In this document: one piece after another, positions 36,803 to 46,853 of the stretch | Numbering within the stretch: the stretch's first letter is position 1 | How the letters are laid out: every line of letters begins with the position of its first letter | From: a virus | Virus record (IMG/VR): IMGVR_UViG_3300022723_000240 | Location: 3,769-67,768 of that record | Length of the DNA stretch: 64,000 nt | Strand: one strand, 5' to 3' | The notes under the pieces: model-generated | The model's database searches: none | Told to the model about the DNA's origin: nothing | What the model saw: the letters and a program-made list of their open reading frames with translations, nothing else | Made by a program: the position numbers and the translations under genes

Positions 36803-38109
36803 TCAGCCAATTCACCCAAATGACTACTCTGCATAAGCTTATTTAGTTCTTTATCTTCATGCATCCTAGACCAAAGTGGTGTGCGCAACTTTTTACTCTT
36901 CTGCATAATTCTCTGAATACTCTCATTAGCAAAAGCCAATCTTCGAACATTATCAGATTCCTGCTCGCGCTTAAGCAAGCTATCAAAATAACCAACAGCC
37001 AAATCACGATTATCAGCGTGTTTGCGTGATGCTTCTACCAAAATCCATCGCCCAAAAGCAACCAGATTGTCCATCTGGCTATCTGACCATTTCTTAATTC
37101 GATTAGCATACGCAGTAACACCCCAAGACAAAGCTTGAATCTGATTGCGCTCTAAATCCTTAACTTTGGATTTAACCGAAGAGAATCCAGCAATCACTTC
37201 TTGTGGAGTTACTTCTACAATATCCTCAAGATACTGATTGGCTGTCTCTTGACCAACAATGCCTCGCAATAATTCAAAACGAATACGCTGCAAGTCATCA
37301 TTGCTTACACCAGTGCCACGAAGCTTCAAGATGGTGTGCTCAATTTTAGAAAGCAAAGTCCAACTACGTGGGCTAGGGGTTACAACAATATCTTCGTGTT
37401 CCGTGTCATGACTTAAGTGATCTGGATGAGCAGAACAGAAATGCGTAATATGGTTAATAATAGAGGGATCGACATCCAGACCAGCCATAAAATTGATCCA
37501 GCTTTTCATGTATTCTTCGTCAATGTTAACAAATACATGTGCAAATCGGTCTTTAAAGGCATCTTCATGCATGAACTGATTCACAATGAAATTACCACCA
37601 GAAGGATTGCCGGTGGCAACGATTGACCAGCCAGTCGGAACATGCCAATCACCAATTCGGTAGTCATAGACTAACTGAAATAGAGCCTGATGGATATCGT
37701 CTTCGGCACGATTGACCTCTTCCAACACCAAAATACCGCGATGAAGAGTCCATTGAATATCATCAGTGTCTTCAGGCTTCTCTGAGCCCGGCTCTCCGAA
37801 TACCTCACCTTTATTATTGATCCACTCTCCACGTGGCAGTTCATCAGGTGGAAAATAGACCATTCTTTGGGTCGCTAAATCTTTATCAGGTAAACCACGA
37901 AGCTCCGAAGATTCCATGCTTGCACAACGAAGATCAACATATCCATAAGGAATGCTGCCATCGCCGTCATCAGAGTAGAAATGAAAATTGCTACTCGTGT
38001 AGAGCATGGTAGAAATGCTCTTGCCTAAACCCTGAATTCCATGGATAAAGAGAGACACCCTGGCTCGGTGGGTGATGCCAATTGCGATCACCAGGTCATC
38101 AATATTCAT
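36799..38109 (-). CDS. MoxR-like AAA+ ATPase
   Basis: GIQGLGKS (Walker A), LVLEEVNRA (Walker B), ATGNP, DRF, PSPRSW. Confidence 0.88.
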   Translation of the reverse strand: MNIDDLVIAIGITHRARVSLFIHGIQGLGKSISTMLYTSSNFHFYSDDGDGSIPYGYVDLRCASMESSELRGLPDKDLATQRMVYFPPDELPRGEWINNKGEVFGEPGSEKPEDTDDIQWTLHRGILVLEEVNRAEDDIHQALFQLVYDYRIGDWHVPTGWSIVATGNPSGGNFIVNQFMHEDAFKDRFAHVFVNIDEEYMKSWINFMAGLDVDPSIINHITHFCSAHPDHLSHDTEHEDIVVTPSPRSWTLLSKIEHTILKLRGTGVSNDDLQRIRFELLRGIVGQETANQYLEDIVEVTPQEVIAGFSSVKSKVKDLERNQIQALSWGVTAYANRIKKWSDSQMDNLVAFGRWILVEASRKHADNRDLAVGYFDSLLKREQESDNVRRLAFANESIQRIMQKSKKLRTPLWSRMHEDKELNKLMQSSHLGELAD

Positions 38110-38119
38110 TTATGCTCCG

Positions 38120-38539
38120 TTAGTACTTGTTCTGCTTTTTGTAACCGCGCTTTTGCAACCGATTAATAAGAGCGGCGTAATCTTTCATAACATAAGACAT
38201 CACTTTATGAGCCTTACCATTATATGTATTAATAGATCTATATTCGGCACCATTAGGATCAATGATCGCATAAGTCCTGCAAATCACAGAATCATTAAAA
38301 TCATTGGACTTAACCCATACCTCATAACCATTTGGCAAATCAGCAAAAGGATCAAATTCATTTGTTTCCATCGTGCAGCTTTCTTCTTTTGGCATCACTC
38401 TATCAGGGAAGATCCGAATCATTTCACCGTTAGGTCTCTTGATTCGATAGCAGTCTTTCTTGATTTCAATTAAAATGCACACCTCATCAGAAACTGTGCC
38501 TTCATTGTTAATATAAAACACTTCATCATCGACTTTCAT
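38120..38539 (-). CDS. hypothetical protein
   Basis: Part of track ORF 38120..38632; start moved to MKVDDEV to avoid overlap with the divergent gene. Confidence 0.5.
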   Translation of the reverse strand: MKVDDEVFYINNEGTVSDEVCILIEIKKDCYRIKRPNGEMIRIFPDRVMPKEESCTMETNEFDPFADLPNGYEVWVKSNDFNDSVICRTYAIIDPNGAEYRSINTYNGKAHKVMSYVMKDYAALINRLQKRGYKKQNKY

Positions 38540-38577
38540 GGCGGTTTTTATCAGGTCAAGAAATCCCGTAAACATTA

Positions 38578-39192
38578 TTGTTAATGGCGCAATTGTCACA
38601 AAAAGGCATGGGTTGGAGATCCATAGAACCAAATAAGCCGATTAGAGCTGGCGACGACTTTCTAGAAGACATTAACGATAAGTACATCGTGGACGCCAAA
38701 CTAGACGGTTGGAGGCTTGAAATCTGCAAATTCGATGGAGAGATAAAGATACACAGCAGGACCAATAAACCCAGAGAACTTCCACTGGAATTGATAAATC
38801 AGCTTAAGAAAATGCCAGAAGGCATGTCTCTCGATTGTGAGTGGATCAATCAATCACGAATCAAGGCAATCAACACGAGCTTGAACGTAGACCTACCACT
38901 TGTTGACAATTTGATAGTTTTTGATATCCGCTGGCTAAATGGTCGATACATCGCCAAAATGCCTCTAGCAGAAAGACGTCAAATTAAGTTCTACGCAAAG
39001 CTTCTCAAAACTGATCTAAATGGTCTATTCTCCGCAAACCATCGTATTTTTCAAGCCATACACACAAAAGGAGGGAAAGCAAAAAGCTTCTATAAAAAAC
39101 AAAAAGACTTTGCAATTAGTGAAGGTATTGTCGTAAAACGTTTAGACGGGGGTTTAAGCGCTAACTGGTATAAGGTCAAATACCGAGAATAA
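38578..39192 (+). CDS. ATP-dependent ligase-family nucleotidyltransferase domain (no OB domain)
   Basis: KLDGWR (motif I), LDCE (III), VFDI (IIIa), EGIVVK (IV), WYKVK (V), then stop. Confidence 0.8.
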   Translation: MLMAQLSQKGMGWRSIEPNKPIRAGDDFLEDINDKYIVDAKLDGWRLEICKFDGEIKIHSRTNKPRELPLELINQLKKMPEGMSLDCEWINQSRIKAINTSLNVDLPLVDNLIVFDIRWLNGRYIAKMPLAERRQIKFYAKLLKTDLNGLFSANHRIFQAIHTKGGKAKSFYKKQKDFAISEGIVVKRLDGGLSANWYKVKYRE

Positions 39193-39226
39193 TATATCAG
39201 GATGAACGATACTACGTGTCTAGCTC

Positions 39227-39254
39227 TTGACAACGCCTTCCGAACTGTTATAGT
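39227..39254 (+). promoter_or_regulatory. host sigma70-type promoter upstream of the sigma-factor gene
   Basis: TTGACA-N16-TATAGT with an extended -10 TG. Confidence 0.65.
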
Positions 39255-39314
39255 CCACAGACGGTCCCAACAGGGGGCCAATTAAATCCGCTATAACACA
39301 TTATCACAGGAGAA

Positions 39315-40475
39315 ATGATGGACGATGAGTTCCAGGGCGACTTTGTCGCCACCGGACATAGCAGTCCTGTGCTTTGCAAGACAATCCAGCCTTGGAAAGT
39401 ACATTCCCATGAGGATATAATCAGGGATCTCATGGGGTGCATTCTTGGATGGTGGAGCCACTATCGGGAGAAATTCAATGCTCCCTATAGCCAAGCTGAC
39501 GCCATCAGCGATGCTTATACTCTTGGCATTCTCAAAGCCATAGACAAGGATCGCGGTGCACCGACTTGCGCCGGTAAACAGATCAAGTGCGAGCACTGCC
39601 GCTCAATGTTTCAGGCACCAAACGAGATGCCAGGAGACGAGCGGGCCAATAAGATTTACGCTGAGGCACCAGCTAATCGGGTTCCCACCAAGCGTCAAAT
39701 AAGAGTGACTTGTACTAAATGCGATCACGATAACATAGTGGTAATCGAAAAAGTGATCTTCTCTACCTTGGTCTTCCCCAATATTCGTGCTGCTATCCAG
39801 CGCGGTGTAATGAGGGTCTGTAGCAAGAAAGGCATCGTTAGCATCGAAGGCGATGAAGAGCATAATCTCAACAACGTCTTAGAAGCCAACCAAGAAGAAC
39901 ACAAGTCTGAAGTCCCAGAAGACATCAAAGTAGCACTTGAAGAAGCTATTGGCTCCTTATCTGAGCGCCAACGTTTTGTACTGGCTATGTTCCACGGTAT
40001 CGGCGGAATCTACCACGAGACTATCGAGCGGGAAGTTACTTGCCCGCATTGCGTGCGCCAGTATGAATATCTTGAAAAGAAAGACCAAAATAAACTCAAG
40101 GAGTCAGGCGATACTCCTACACCATTTACTGTGGCTGTAGATTATAGCGTCGCCAACAACTTCATTGAGTGTCCGTCTTGTGGTCTTGAAGTGAAGATCG
40201 ACATGGCAATGAGTCAAACCGACATCGCTAAGCATCTGTCAGTTTCAAAACAGCGCATATGCAGCACTATTAAGGGCATTATGTCCAAGCTGCGTGGCGA
40301 TGTAAAAGAAATGGATAAGGACTACTGCTTATGGAAGGAATTTTCGAGCAATCTCACTAGACTAATGTACAACTATGGTATCGGTGAAACTGCTCCTAGC
40401 CCTATCATTAGTAGAATGCCCGACAGCTTTGTGTTGCATCCGCGTTATCGCCTAGTCGAAAACAACGAAGATTAA
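39315..40475 (+). CDS. sigma70-family RNA polymerase sigma factor with two zinc-ribbon insertions
   Basis: Region 2: DAYTLGILKAIDK...FSTLVFPNIRAAIQR. Region 4: LSERQRFVL...MSQTDIAKHLSVSKQRI. Insertions carry CEHC/CTKC and CPHC/CPSC. Confidence 0.8.
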   Translation: MMDDEFQGDFVATGHSSPVLCKTIQPWKVHSHEDIIRDLMGCILGWWSHYREKFNAPYSQADAISDAYTLGILKAIDKDRGAPTCAGKQIKCEHCRSMFQAPNEMPGDERANKIYAEAPANRVPTKRQIRVTCTKCDHDNIVVIEKVIFSTLVFPNIRAAIQRGVMRVCSKKGIVSIEGDEEHNLNNVLEANQEEHKSEVPEDIKVALEEAIGSLSERQRFVLAMFHGIGGIYHETIEREVTCPHCVRQYEYLEKKDQNKLKESGDTPTPFTVAVDYSVANNFIECPSCGLEVKIDMAMSQTDIAKHLSVSKQRICSTIKGIMSKLRGDVKEMDKDYCLWKEFSSNLTRLMYNYGIGETAPSPIISRMPDSFVLHPRYRLVENNED

Positions 40476-41080
40476 GGCTTATTCAGTCTTCTATATTTTG
40501 CTATTGGCCTCTGGCTATGATCGACTTTCGAAATTTGGTCTTTAAACCTTGGTTCGAAATACTCGACATAGCCATGCCATAGCTCTGGGCCTTGTAACAC
40601 AAGATAGTCAACGTCTAGTTTACCTGCTGAAAACCTAGTAATACTATTGGTAACGTGCTTACGAGTCGGACCAACTATTATTTTTCTTTGTGGTACAAAA
40701 AACACTTTAGGACGATAAATGTCAAAAACCCCATGGTAATTCATTTTCTCATACAATTGATTTGGCGTAGCCGCAGTCAGTTTTTTAACTTTCGTATTTT
40801 TCTCTGATCTATTTGGCTTGACTTCTGTATGTTGTGACTTGCCCCTGATTACCATATGGGGATACCGATCCATCATAAAATCAATTAATTGCTGTTCTTT
40901 ACCGCGAGACTTTATCTCAGCGTAAATGTTCTTCATCTTTTTACTGTTAGATTTACAACCTTCATTCAACTGCAGATGATTAAGCAATTTTTGATGTAAT
41001 TCCGCATCAACATTCTTTAGGAATGCTTGAAAATCTTTAGCTCTTGATAGACCGCAAAATCGGCTTTCGTGAATTTTCAT
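40472..41080 (-). CDS. basic hypothetical protein
   Basis: ATGA overlap with the upstream structural gene. Confidence 0.6.
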   Translation of the reverse strand: MKIHESRFCGLSRAKDFQAFLKNVDAELHQKLLNHLQLNEGCKSNSKKMKNIYAEIKSRGKEQQLIDFMMDRYPHMVIRGKSQHTEVKPNRSEKNTKVKKLTAATPNQLYEKMNYHGVFDIYRPKVFFVPQRKIIVGPTRKHVTNSITRFSAGKLDVDYLVLQGPELWHGYVEYFEPRFKDQISKVDHSQRPIAKYRRLNKP

Positions 41081-43404
41081 ATCACCGGGAACGCAATTGA
41101 AGTTATAACTGAGGTGTCACCTAATGAAGCTAAAACATCCCCAGATTGAATTTTATCTATGATCATATTTGTTAGTGTTTTATCTACCTCTACTTCTATA
41201 AATGCACTTTCTCCTCTAGGTAATCCGAAGAAGGTTTCTCCATCAGTAGTCGGCCACGCTAAAGCTGGTTGTTGACCGTTAGCATTAATAAAATCGCTAA
41301 TAAATGGTGTATTGCTGTACTCACCACCACCACAACTGCAGTCGGCACCAATACTTCTAAACACTACCAGGAATTCACTTCCGCCCACTTCTACATAGAC
41401 GCCACAAGCATTCTTAGTACGCCATCCTCTTTCATAGAATTCTGCATGGGATACAGAAATCATAGAAGTTAAAGATGGAAATTGGGTATTAGTTAAGCTA
41501 CCAGAACAACCCAAAGCATAAGTAAATTCAGCACCAACTTCATCCGTTGTAACAACAATCAGAACATTAGTCCCGTTTTCTTCTAAGTCCGTATACGGAA
41601 ACGTTAAAGAACCTGTGCCCAACACTGAGCCAGTAGTACCAACCAAGTTTGCTGAATCCTCAGTTGGCGGATGATATACATTCAGGGTGCTTCTCTTATC
41701 AAAAAAGTCATAAATCAATGTAACATCTGTAGGATTGTCTCCTAGAGCATGGATCAGTGTCTTACCGGGTTCCTGCCCCACAATGAAGAAATCACTATCG
41801 CATTCAATACTATTTGCTATACATGCCTCACTTTGAAAACATGTGGATGGTTGTAAACATAGCTTTATTTCATTACCTGATCCAAATGATGGAACAGGGT
41901 CTAGATAAACTTCAACTTGACCACCATCATGTCGTATAGCTAAACTATCTCCGATATACTGTTCACGATCTTCACCAGCCAAAAAGAAACCGCGATCATT
42001 CAATCTGACAGTCTTGACCCCATTCTCTGGGTCATTATACACGACATTAAACACACCAGTGCCACCAACACCATCATGGAATATGCAGCATTCAGCTATA
42101 GTGAACACATAATCAAACGCAGGAAGATCTAGCTTAACTGATCTACTTGAACCCAAATTGGTTCTATTAAGTGTGATGTCTACATAACATTCTCGGCAGC
42201 CAAATTGGATTGGACTTAAATCTAAATTACCATTAATGACCACGTTTTGTTCAGCAGGCCCAACGGGAGTCTGAGGAACAAACTGGGCTGGATCCTGTTG
42301 AGGATCTGTTCTAGGTTGAAGTTCATCAATTTGGTCGCTAACAGAAAAAGCATATCCAGCTTGGGCAGCTTGATAACGTCCATTAGACCAAATGTTTCTA
42401 ATATTTTGATTAACTTTCCTAGATATCACCGCCTCTAAAGCACAACATACAGCTTGACGCTGTTGCGCGAATACTTTCGCTAGAGCCAGTATAAAATTAT
42501 TAGCTAACCCTTGTTTCTCTTCTCTAAGATCATCCAGAATCTTATCAGCACGACTTACTAATTTATCGATTATTGGTTCTAAGTCCAAGTGGAATAACTG
42601 ACCAGTGGGTACACATTCTGGCGGTAAGTTAGGACATACAAACGGAGCTTCACTGAGACCTAAAATCCAATTGCTGTTTTTATCCTTCCAAGAAACCGTC
42701 TTTGGCCCAACATCGGGATTACCAATATTGCCGATCGTAACTATAATCTTGCTGGGGTTAGTCGGGTCATTAACAACATCAACCACCGCTTTATTAGTTG
42801 GCAGACTCTCGTTTAGGTCTTCAATTAATGCACCCGCAAATGGGGCATTAGCACCAGCAGGGCCATCTTCTCCAACAGGCCCAGTATCTAAACGATCTAT
42901 GCCAGGATCCCCTTGATCGCCTGGGTCTCCTGGATCACCAGGGGTCTCTCTAACTGTAAAATTACCGCGTTTCTTCAACTCGTCAATAAGCTGCGGAATA
43001 TTAATCCTAAAATCTATTCCAATAGTATTATCATGAATAATGAATTCATTTTCTTGAATTGATCCGTTGGGATTAAATAACTTCAGCTTCTCAGTAATCT
43101 CTAATGCCGCTTTAGTGCTAACTAATTCTACGCGACCTTCTTTAAAGGTAGTATCACATTCTTCCGTAGTAAGCGTAGTGCTAAAAGAAGGCAACAAAAT
43201 GTCTTCTACTTTAGCAAAATCCTCTTTGGTCATTAGACCGGCTTCACTAACAGAAGCAGTAGTTATATTATTAGCACCACTAATGCGATTCCAGCATCTT
43301 TTAGATAAGCTGTACTGATAAATTACTTCTGGAGTAACCTCAAAAACCTCACCATCTTCTGGGTTCTTAGGAAAGCCAATACTCATATTATGGTACTCAC
43401 ACAT
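41077..43404 (-). CDS. putative virion fibre protein with a collagen-like segment and a coiled coil
   Basis: FPKNPEDGEVF, AGLMTKED, GDPGDPGDQGDPG; probable start MSIGF. Confidence 0.65.
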   Translation of the reverse strand: MCEYHNMSIGFPKNPEDGEVFEVTPEVIYQYSLSKRCWNRISGANNITTASVSEAGLMTKEDFAKVEDILLPSFSTTLTTEECDTTFKEGRVELVSTKAALEITEKLKLFNPNGSIQENEFIIHDNTIGIDFRINIPQLIDELKKRGNFTVRETPGDPGDPGDQGDPGIDRLDTGPVGEDGPAGANAPFAGALIEDLNESLPTNKAVVDVVNDPTNPSKIIVTIGNIGNPDVGPKTVSWKDKNSNWILGLSEAPFVCPNLPPECVPTGQLFHLDLEPIIDKLVSRADKILDDLREEKQGLANNFILALAKVFAQQRQAVCCALEAVISRKVNQNIRNIWSNGRYQAAQAGYAFSVSDQIDELQPRTDPQQDPAQFVPQTPVGPAEQNVVINGNLDLSPIQFGCRECYVDITLNRTNLGSSRSVKLDLPAFDYVFTIAECCIFHDGVGGTGVFNVVYNDPENGVKTVRLNDRGFFLAGEDREQYIGDSLAIRHDGGQVEVYLDPVPSFGSGNEIKLCLQPSTCFQSEACIANSIECDSDFFIVGQEPGKTLIHALGDNPTDVTLIYDFFDKRSTLNVYHPPTEDSANLVGTTGSVLGTGSLTFPYTDLEENGTNVLIVVTTDEVGAEFTYALGCSGSLTNTQFPSLTSMISVSHAEFYERGWRTKNACGVYVEVGGSEFLVVFRSIGADCSCGGGEYSNTPFISDFINANGQQPALAWPTTDGETFFGLPRGESAFIEVEVDKTLTNMIIDKIQSGDVLASLGDTSVITSIAFPVI

Positions 43405-45338
43405 CTACTGCAATGTGATAAGGACAGTTCTATAACACCAGTAGATCTATCACGTGCCACTGCCTCAATGACCAGACGATCATTATCTTCTATAACTGCA
43501 CCGATCGCCAGTTCAGTGATCGGACCTATGAGGTATGATTCTTCAACTTCATCTTTGTCAAATGGGTTTTGGACAAGAGAAGATGTAGGCCATGGTATTT
43601 CCATCTCCTCTACATCCCCATCTTCATTTGTATGAAATTTCGTAAGAACCAAACCGATTTTGTTAGTACCAGATCCCACCACATACCCGCACTGTGTATT
43701 ACCAGCATCAAATATGGAGCCACCACGATACTGGAGGATATAGCCACCAGCCACCAAATTAGCACCAGTTGGTCCAGTTATGACTTGGGATTCACCAGCG
43801 GCTATTCTAATTATACCAAGATTAGTAGTGCTACTGGTTTTACAAAAATCATCTACGTTAGTGTTAGAAAATCCACTAGCCTTCAAAATCGAATTAGCGA
43901 AAGCACAAATACCAGTAGTGAATTGGTCAAAATCACTAGCTGATGGAATCGAACAATCAGAAACAGCTTGCGTGGACACCAGACCGCTATTTTGCGATAG
44001 CGTGGGTATGTCGTAGCTATTTGTTACTTCGGTAGATATGTTTTTAGTAGTGCTAGATTGGCCGGATGACAATGCTAAAGTAGATGTCCCAAGACATTCA
44101 CATAAACCATCAATAGCTGTACTAAGATTGTTTAAACCGCAGAGAGTAAAGTTTCCAGGATTATTATAAGGATCTTGTCTGAACTTTTTCAGTTCATTGC
44201 ATTCACACTGACCGCAGATGCCATTGTCGGCCAAACTCATGCAATATTCAAACGGCTCTTTAAATTCTTCATCTGACAATTTCTGAACTAAAGCATCTAA
44301 AGCCTTACGGGCTTCCTCATCTTTACGGAATATAAATTCCTTTAATTCCTCATCATATTGTTCATTAATATCTGCTACTTGTCCTTCTAAATTGACTACC
44401 ACTTGATCAACATAATCTGTTAATCTTTTAGCGATCACTTCCGCAGAATCTGCTTCCTCACAGCAACAACCTTCCGCTGCTACCTTTAGCTTGCGATTTT
44501 GCTTAGGATCAAAATCATTGCCATAGGCTAATACAAAAGGATCAACCGCAGCCTCAATAGGATCTGTCACCCCAGGAACCGTCACCACTCGATAATCAAA
44601 AGTATCATCATCCGTAAATTCAATATCCCTAATGACAGGGCTAGTGACTACTTCACTGGCGGGGGTGTTTTCATCGGGAACCAAAGCATCCGATTTGGTA
44701 ATAGACAAGATAGCATTTGGAGCATCTAAAAATATCTCCGTAACTGCCGAAGAATAAAAAGATTCATCAAAAACTACTTCTACTTCACTAACATCAGACA
44801 CGCCAACAGCATCAACACCAGCATCCCCAGACAACCCTTGAGGGCCGTCACCAGTGCCAGGCTTGCCCTTAGGCCCTTTAATTCCTTTGCGTCCTTTAGG
44901 CCCCTTTTCTGCTGGGACCTCCACACACATACTCTCCAAGAAATCATCACTAAAATTAATGTCGATTACCGGATGACGGTTAAGTTCTGGGTTAAGTGGA
45001 GCATTAACACAAGTGATATCGAACGCATTGGACACCATTTTAACATCACCACTTAAAACACCATTAAACCCATTAGTTTGAGTCTTACCAAAAGAGAATT
45101 TAGTAACAATACCAAAGCCGCCCGCTTTTTCACTTACACTATTAATTAACTGTTTAAATTGAGGTGATAGTAATCCAATATTTTCTTCATCAGCTAGGGG
45201 GATATCTGGTGCAAACCCGTCAAATCGCCAGCTTTTTTCATTAGAATCGAATCGCCAACGACGCCGCCAAGAATCCGTAAAGCGCATTCCGTTGAACGGT
45301 CGATTTGGAAATTTAACGATGTTTGCCATGTTTGCCAT
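43383..45338 (-). CDS. putative virion fibre protein, paralog of the adjacent gene
   Basis: FPNRPFNGMRF, IGLLSP, GPKGRKGIKGPKGKPG, coiled coil; TATAAATA box upstream. Confidence 0.65.
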   Translation of the reverse strand: MANMANIVKFPNRPFNGMRFTDSWRRRWRFDSNEKSWRFDGFAPDIPLADEENIGLLSPQFKQLINSVSEKAGGFGIVTKFSFGKTQTNGFNGVLSGDVKMVSNAFDITCVNAPLNPELNRHPVIDINFSDDFLESMCVEVPAEKGPKGRKGIKGPKGKPGTGDGPQGLSGDAGVDAVGVSDVSEVEVVFDESFYSSAVTEIFLDAPNAILSITKSDALVPDENTPASEVVTSPVIRDIEFTDDDTFDYRVVTVPGVTDPIEAAVDPFVLAYGNDFDPKQNRKLKVAAEGCCCEEADSAEVIAKRLTDYVDQVVVNLEGQVADINEQYDEELKEFIFRKDEEARKALDALVQKLSDEEFKEPFEYCMSLADNGICGQCECNELKKFRQDPYNNPGNFTLCGLNNLSTAIDGLCECLGTSTLALSSGQSSTTKNISTEVTNSYDIPTLSQNSGLVSTQAVSDCSIPSASDFDQFTTGICAFANSILKASGFSNTNVDDFCKTSSTTNLGIIRIAAGESQVITGPTGANLVAGGYILQYRGGSIFDAGNTQCGYVVGSGTNKIGLVLTKFHTNEDGDVEEMEIPWPTSSLVQNPFDKDEVEESYLIGPITELAIGAVIEDNDRLVIEAVARDRSTGVIELSLSHCSRCVSTII

Positions 45339-45345
45339 GTTTAAC

Positions 45346-45353
45346 TATTTATA
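45346..45353 (-). promoter_or_regulatory. TATAAATA late-promoter-like box
   Basis: 7 nt upstream of ATG 45338. Confidence 0.5.
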
Positions 45354-45364
45354 TTTGAGATACA

Positions 45365-45397
45365 CTGGAACCCGATCAGTTTTAGACCGGGTTCCAG
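45365..45397. terminator. hairpin downstream of the putative lysis genes
   Basis: CTGGAACCCG-N13-CGGGTTCCAG; no clear U-tract. Confidence 0.45.
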
Positions 45398-45405
45398 CGC
45401 TCAAA

Positions 45406-45894
45406 TCAATCCGAAGTGGGAAAACCAGCAGCTTCGTTATGCTTTTTACTCTCTTCTCTAACGACATTGTAAGCCGCTTCTAAAGAAGAAGCGTATTCTG
45501 CAATGATCTTTTCACGTTCTGTAAACTCATCTACTTTACCATCACCATCAATATCCTCTGGAATTTTAGGCTTCTCTATCTTAGGAGGAACCGGACGATA
45601 AGACGGAGCATTAACGTAGAACCTAAAACAGCCAGAAAGAAGCGGTAGAGCACACAGCAAGATTAGGAGGCCGACATTCCAATTAGAAACCGTTACGGGC
45701 TTCTTTTTAGACTCCTTAACGGCTTTTCGGTATCGCGCTTCCTCCTCTTTCCCTACCTTGATGGATTTCAACTGCTGTTTAGCTGATTTAGCCTCCCACT
45801 TAGCCGCCTCTGCTTTCTCCTTCTCGAAATACGCAACCACGCTCTCGATTATCGAAGAAAACAGAGACTTAGCCAAAGAAGACAGCCAGCCCAC
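45406..45894 (-). CDS. spanin-like protein with an internal lipobox
   Basis: N-terminal amphipathic helix, charged coiled coil, hydrophobic stretch with LSG-C, then a Pro-rich segment. Confidence 0.5.
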   Translation of the reverse strand: MGWLSSLAKSLFSSIIESVVAYFEKEKAEAAKWEAKSAKQQLKSIKVGKEEEARYRKAVKESKKKPVTVSNWNVGLLILLCALPLLSGCFRFYVNAPSYRPVPPKIEKPKIPEDIDGDGKVDEFTEREKIIAEYASSLEAAYNVVREESKKHNEAAGFPTSD

Positions 45895-46589
45895 TAGTCT
45901 ACTCCGAGAAGATCCTTACCCTTATCGACAAGAAACTCCGAAGCCTTATCGGATAGCATATTCTTTACACTATCTGGCAAGAAGGCCTGAACGTTATCTG
46001 GAAGTTTTGTTATTAATTTCGTGAGGATTCTATCTAACAAGTTATCTAGCTCACGTTCGCCTAACTGTTCAATAAGTTCAACATTTTCAGAAGCGAACTT
46101 CTTGAGAACCCTCGTCTTAACGTATTTCTTAAGGCTGTCAAAATGATCCTTCCATTGGAAACCATTACCATCAGTGGCGTCCTTAATAATCGGCATCATT
46201 TGGGTCAGCAGCCAATGTTCAGCTGTACTAATGGCGAAAGGAATCAACCTATTGTCAATAATGAAGTTCTTCTGTTCCATCAAAGACTTAGTGGTATCAA
46301 TCTTGGCTTTGGTTTCTTCAGCACCCCATTTCTTTTTCAGGAAACCGCCTAAAAATGTAATGACAACGGTTAAAATAGTGCCTAGAATAGTAACCCACGC
46401 AGGAACTCCACCTTCTTCTTTAGACTCTTCAGCTGGGGCAGAATCCTCAGATGAAGCGTCAGAGGACACTTCCGTTGGCATCTCCTCAACAGCCTCAGCA
46501 GGTGCTTCCGCAGGCTCTTCGCTAGCAAGATACACAGGGGCCATTGTTAATGGAATAGCCATTAATAGTAAGACAAGTAATTTTCTCAT
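45894..46589 (-). CDS. membrane protein (signal peptide plus TM helix; holin-like)
   Basis: AGGAGG RBS before MRKLLVLLLMAIPL; second TM WVTILGTILTVVITFLGGFL followed by KKKW. Confidence 0.6.
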   Translation of the reverse strand: MRKLLVLLLMAIPLTMAPVYLASEEPAEAPAEAVEEMPTEVSSDASSEDSAPAEESKEEGGVPAWVTILGTILTVVITFLGGFLKKKWGAEETKAKIDTTKSLMEQKNFIIDNRLIPFAISTAEHWLLTQMMPIIKDATDGNGFQWKDHFDSLKKYVKTRVLKKFASENVELIEQLGERELDNLLDRILTKLITKLPDNVQAFLPDSVKNMLSDKASEFLVDKGKDLLGVD

Positions 46590-46646
46590 TGGGTTCCTCC
46601 TATATGAGTGTACCCGGTATATTTTCCCGCTGTATATCAAATTTCG

Positions 46647-46853
46647 ATGAATAAACTAGAAGAAACCGATTTTGAATTAGTATACAGGCGCTTAAGAAAA
46701 CTTTTTCATCATAGGTCTGATTTGGCAATCAATAGAGCTGCCCTAATAACAGAGTTCGAACCAGAGATAATTGACCTAATGGTAGACTTAAAAATATTAT
46801 CTAACAATGATAATAATTACAAAATGGTAGGACGCCTTACCTACAAGCTTTAA
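46647..46853 (+). CDS. small hypothetical protein
   Basis: MNKLEETDFELVY...; occupies the intergenic gap. Confidence 0.45.
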   Translation: MNKLEETDFELVYRRLRKLFHHRSDLAINRAALITEFEPEIIDLMVDLKILSNNDNNYKMVGRLTYKL

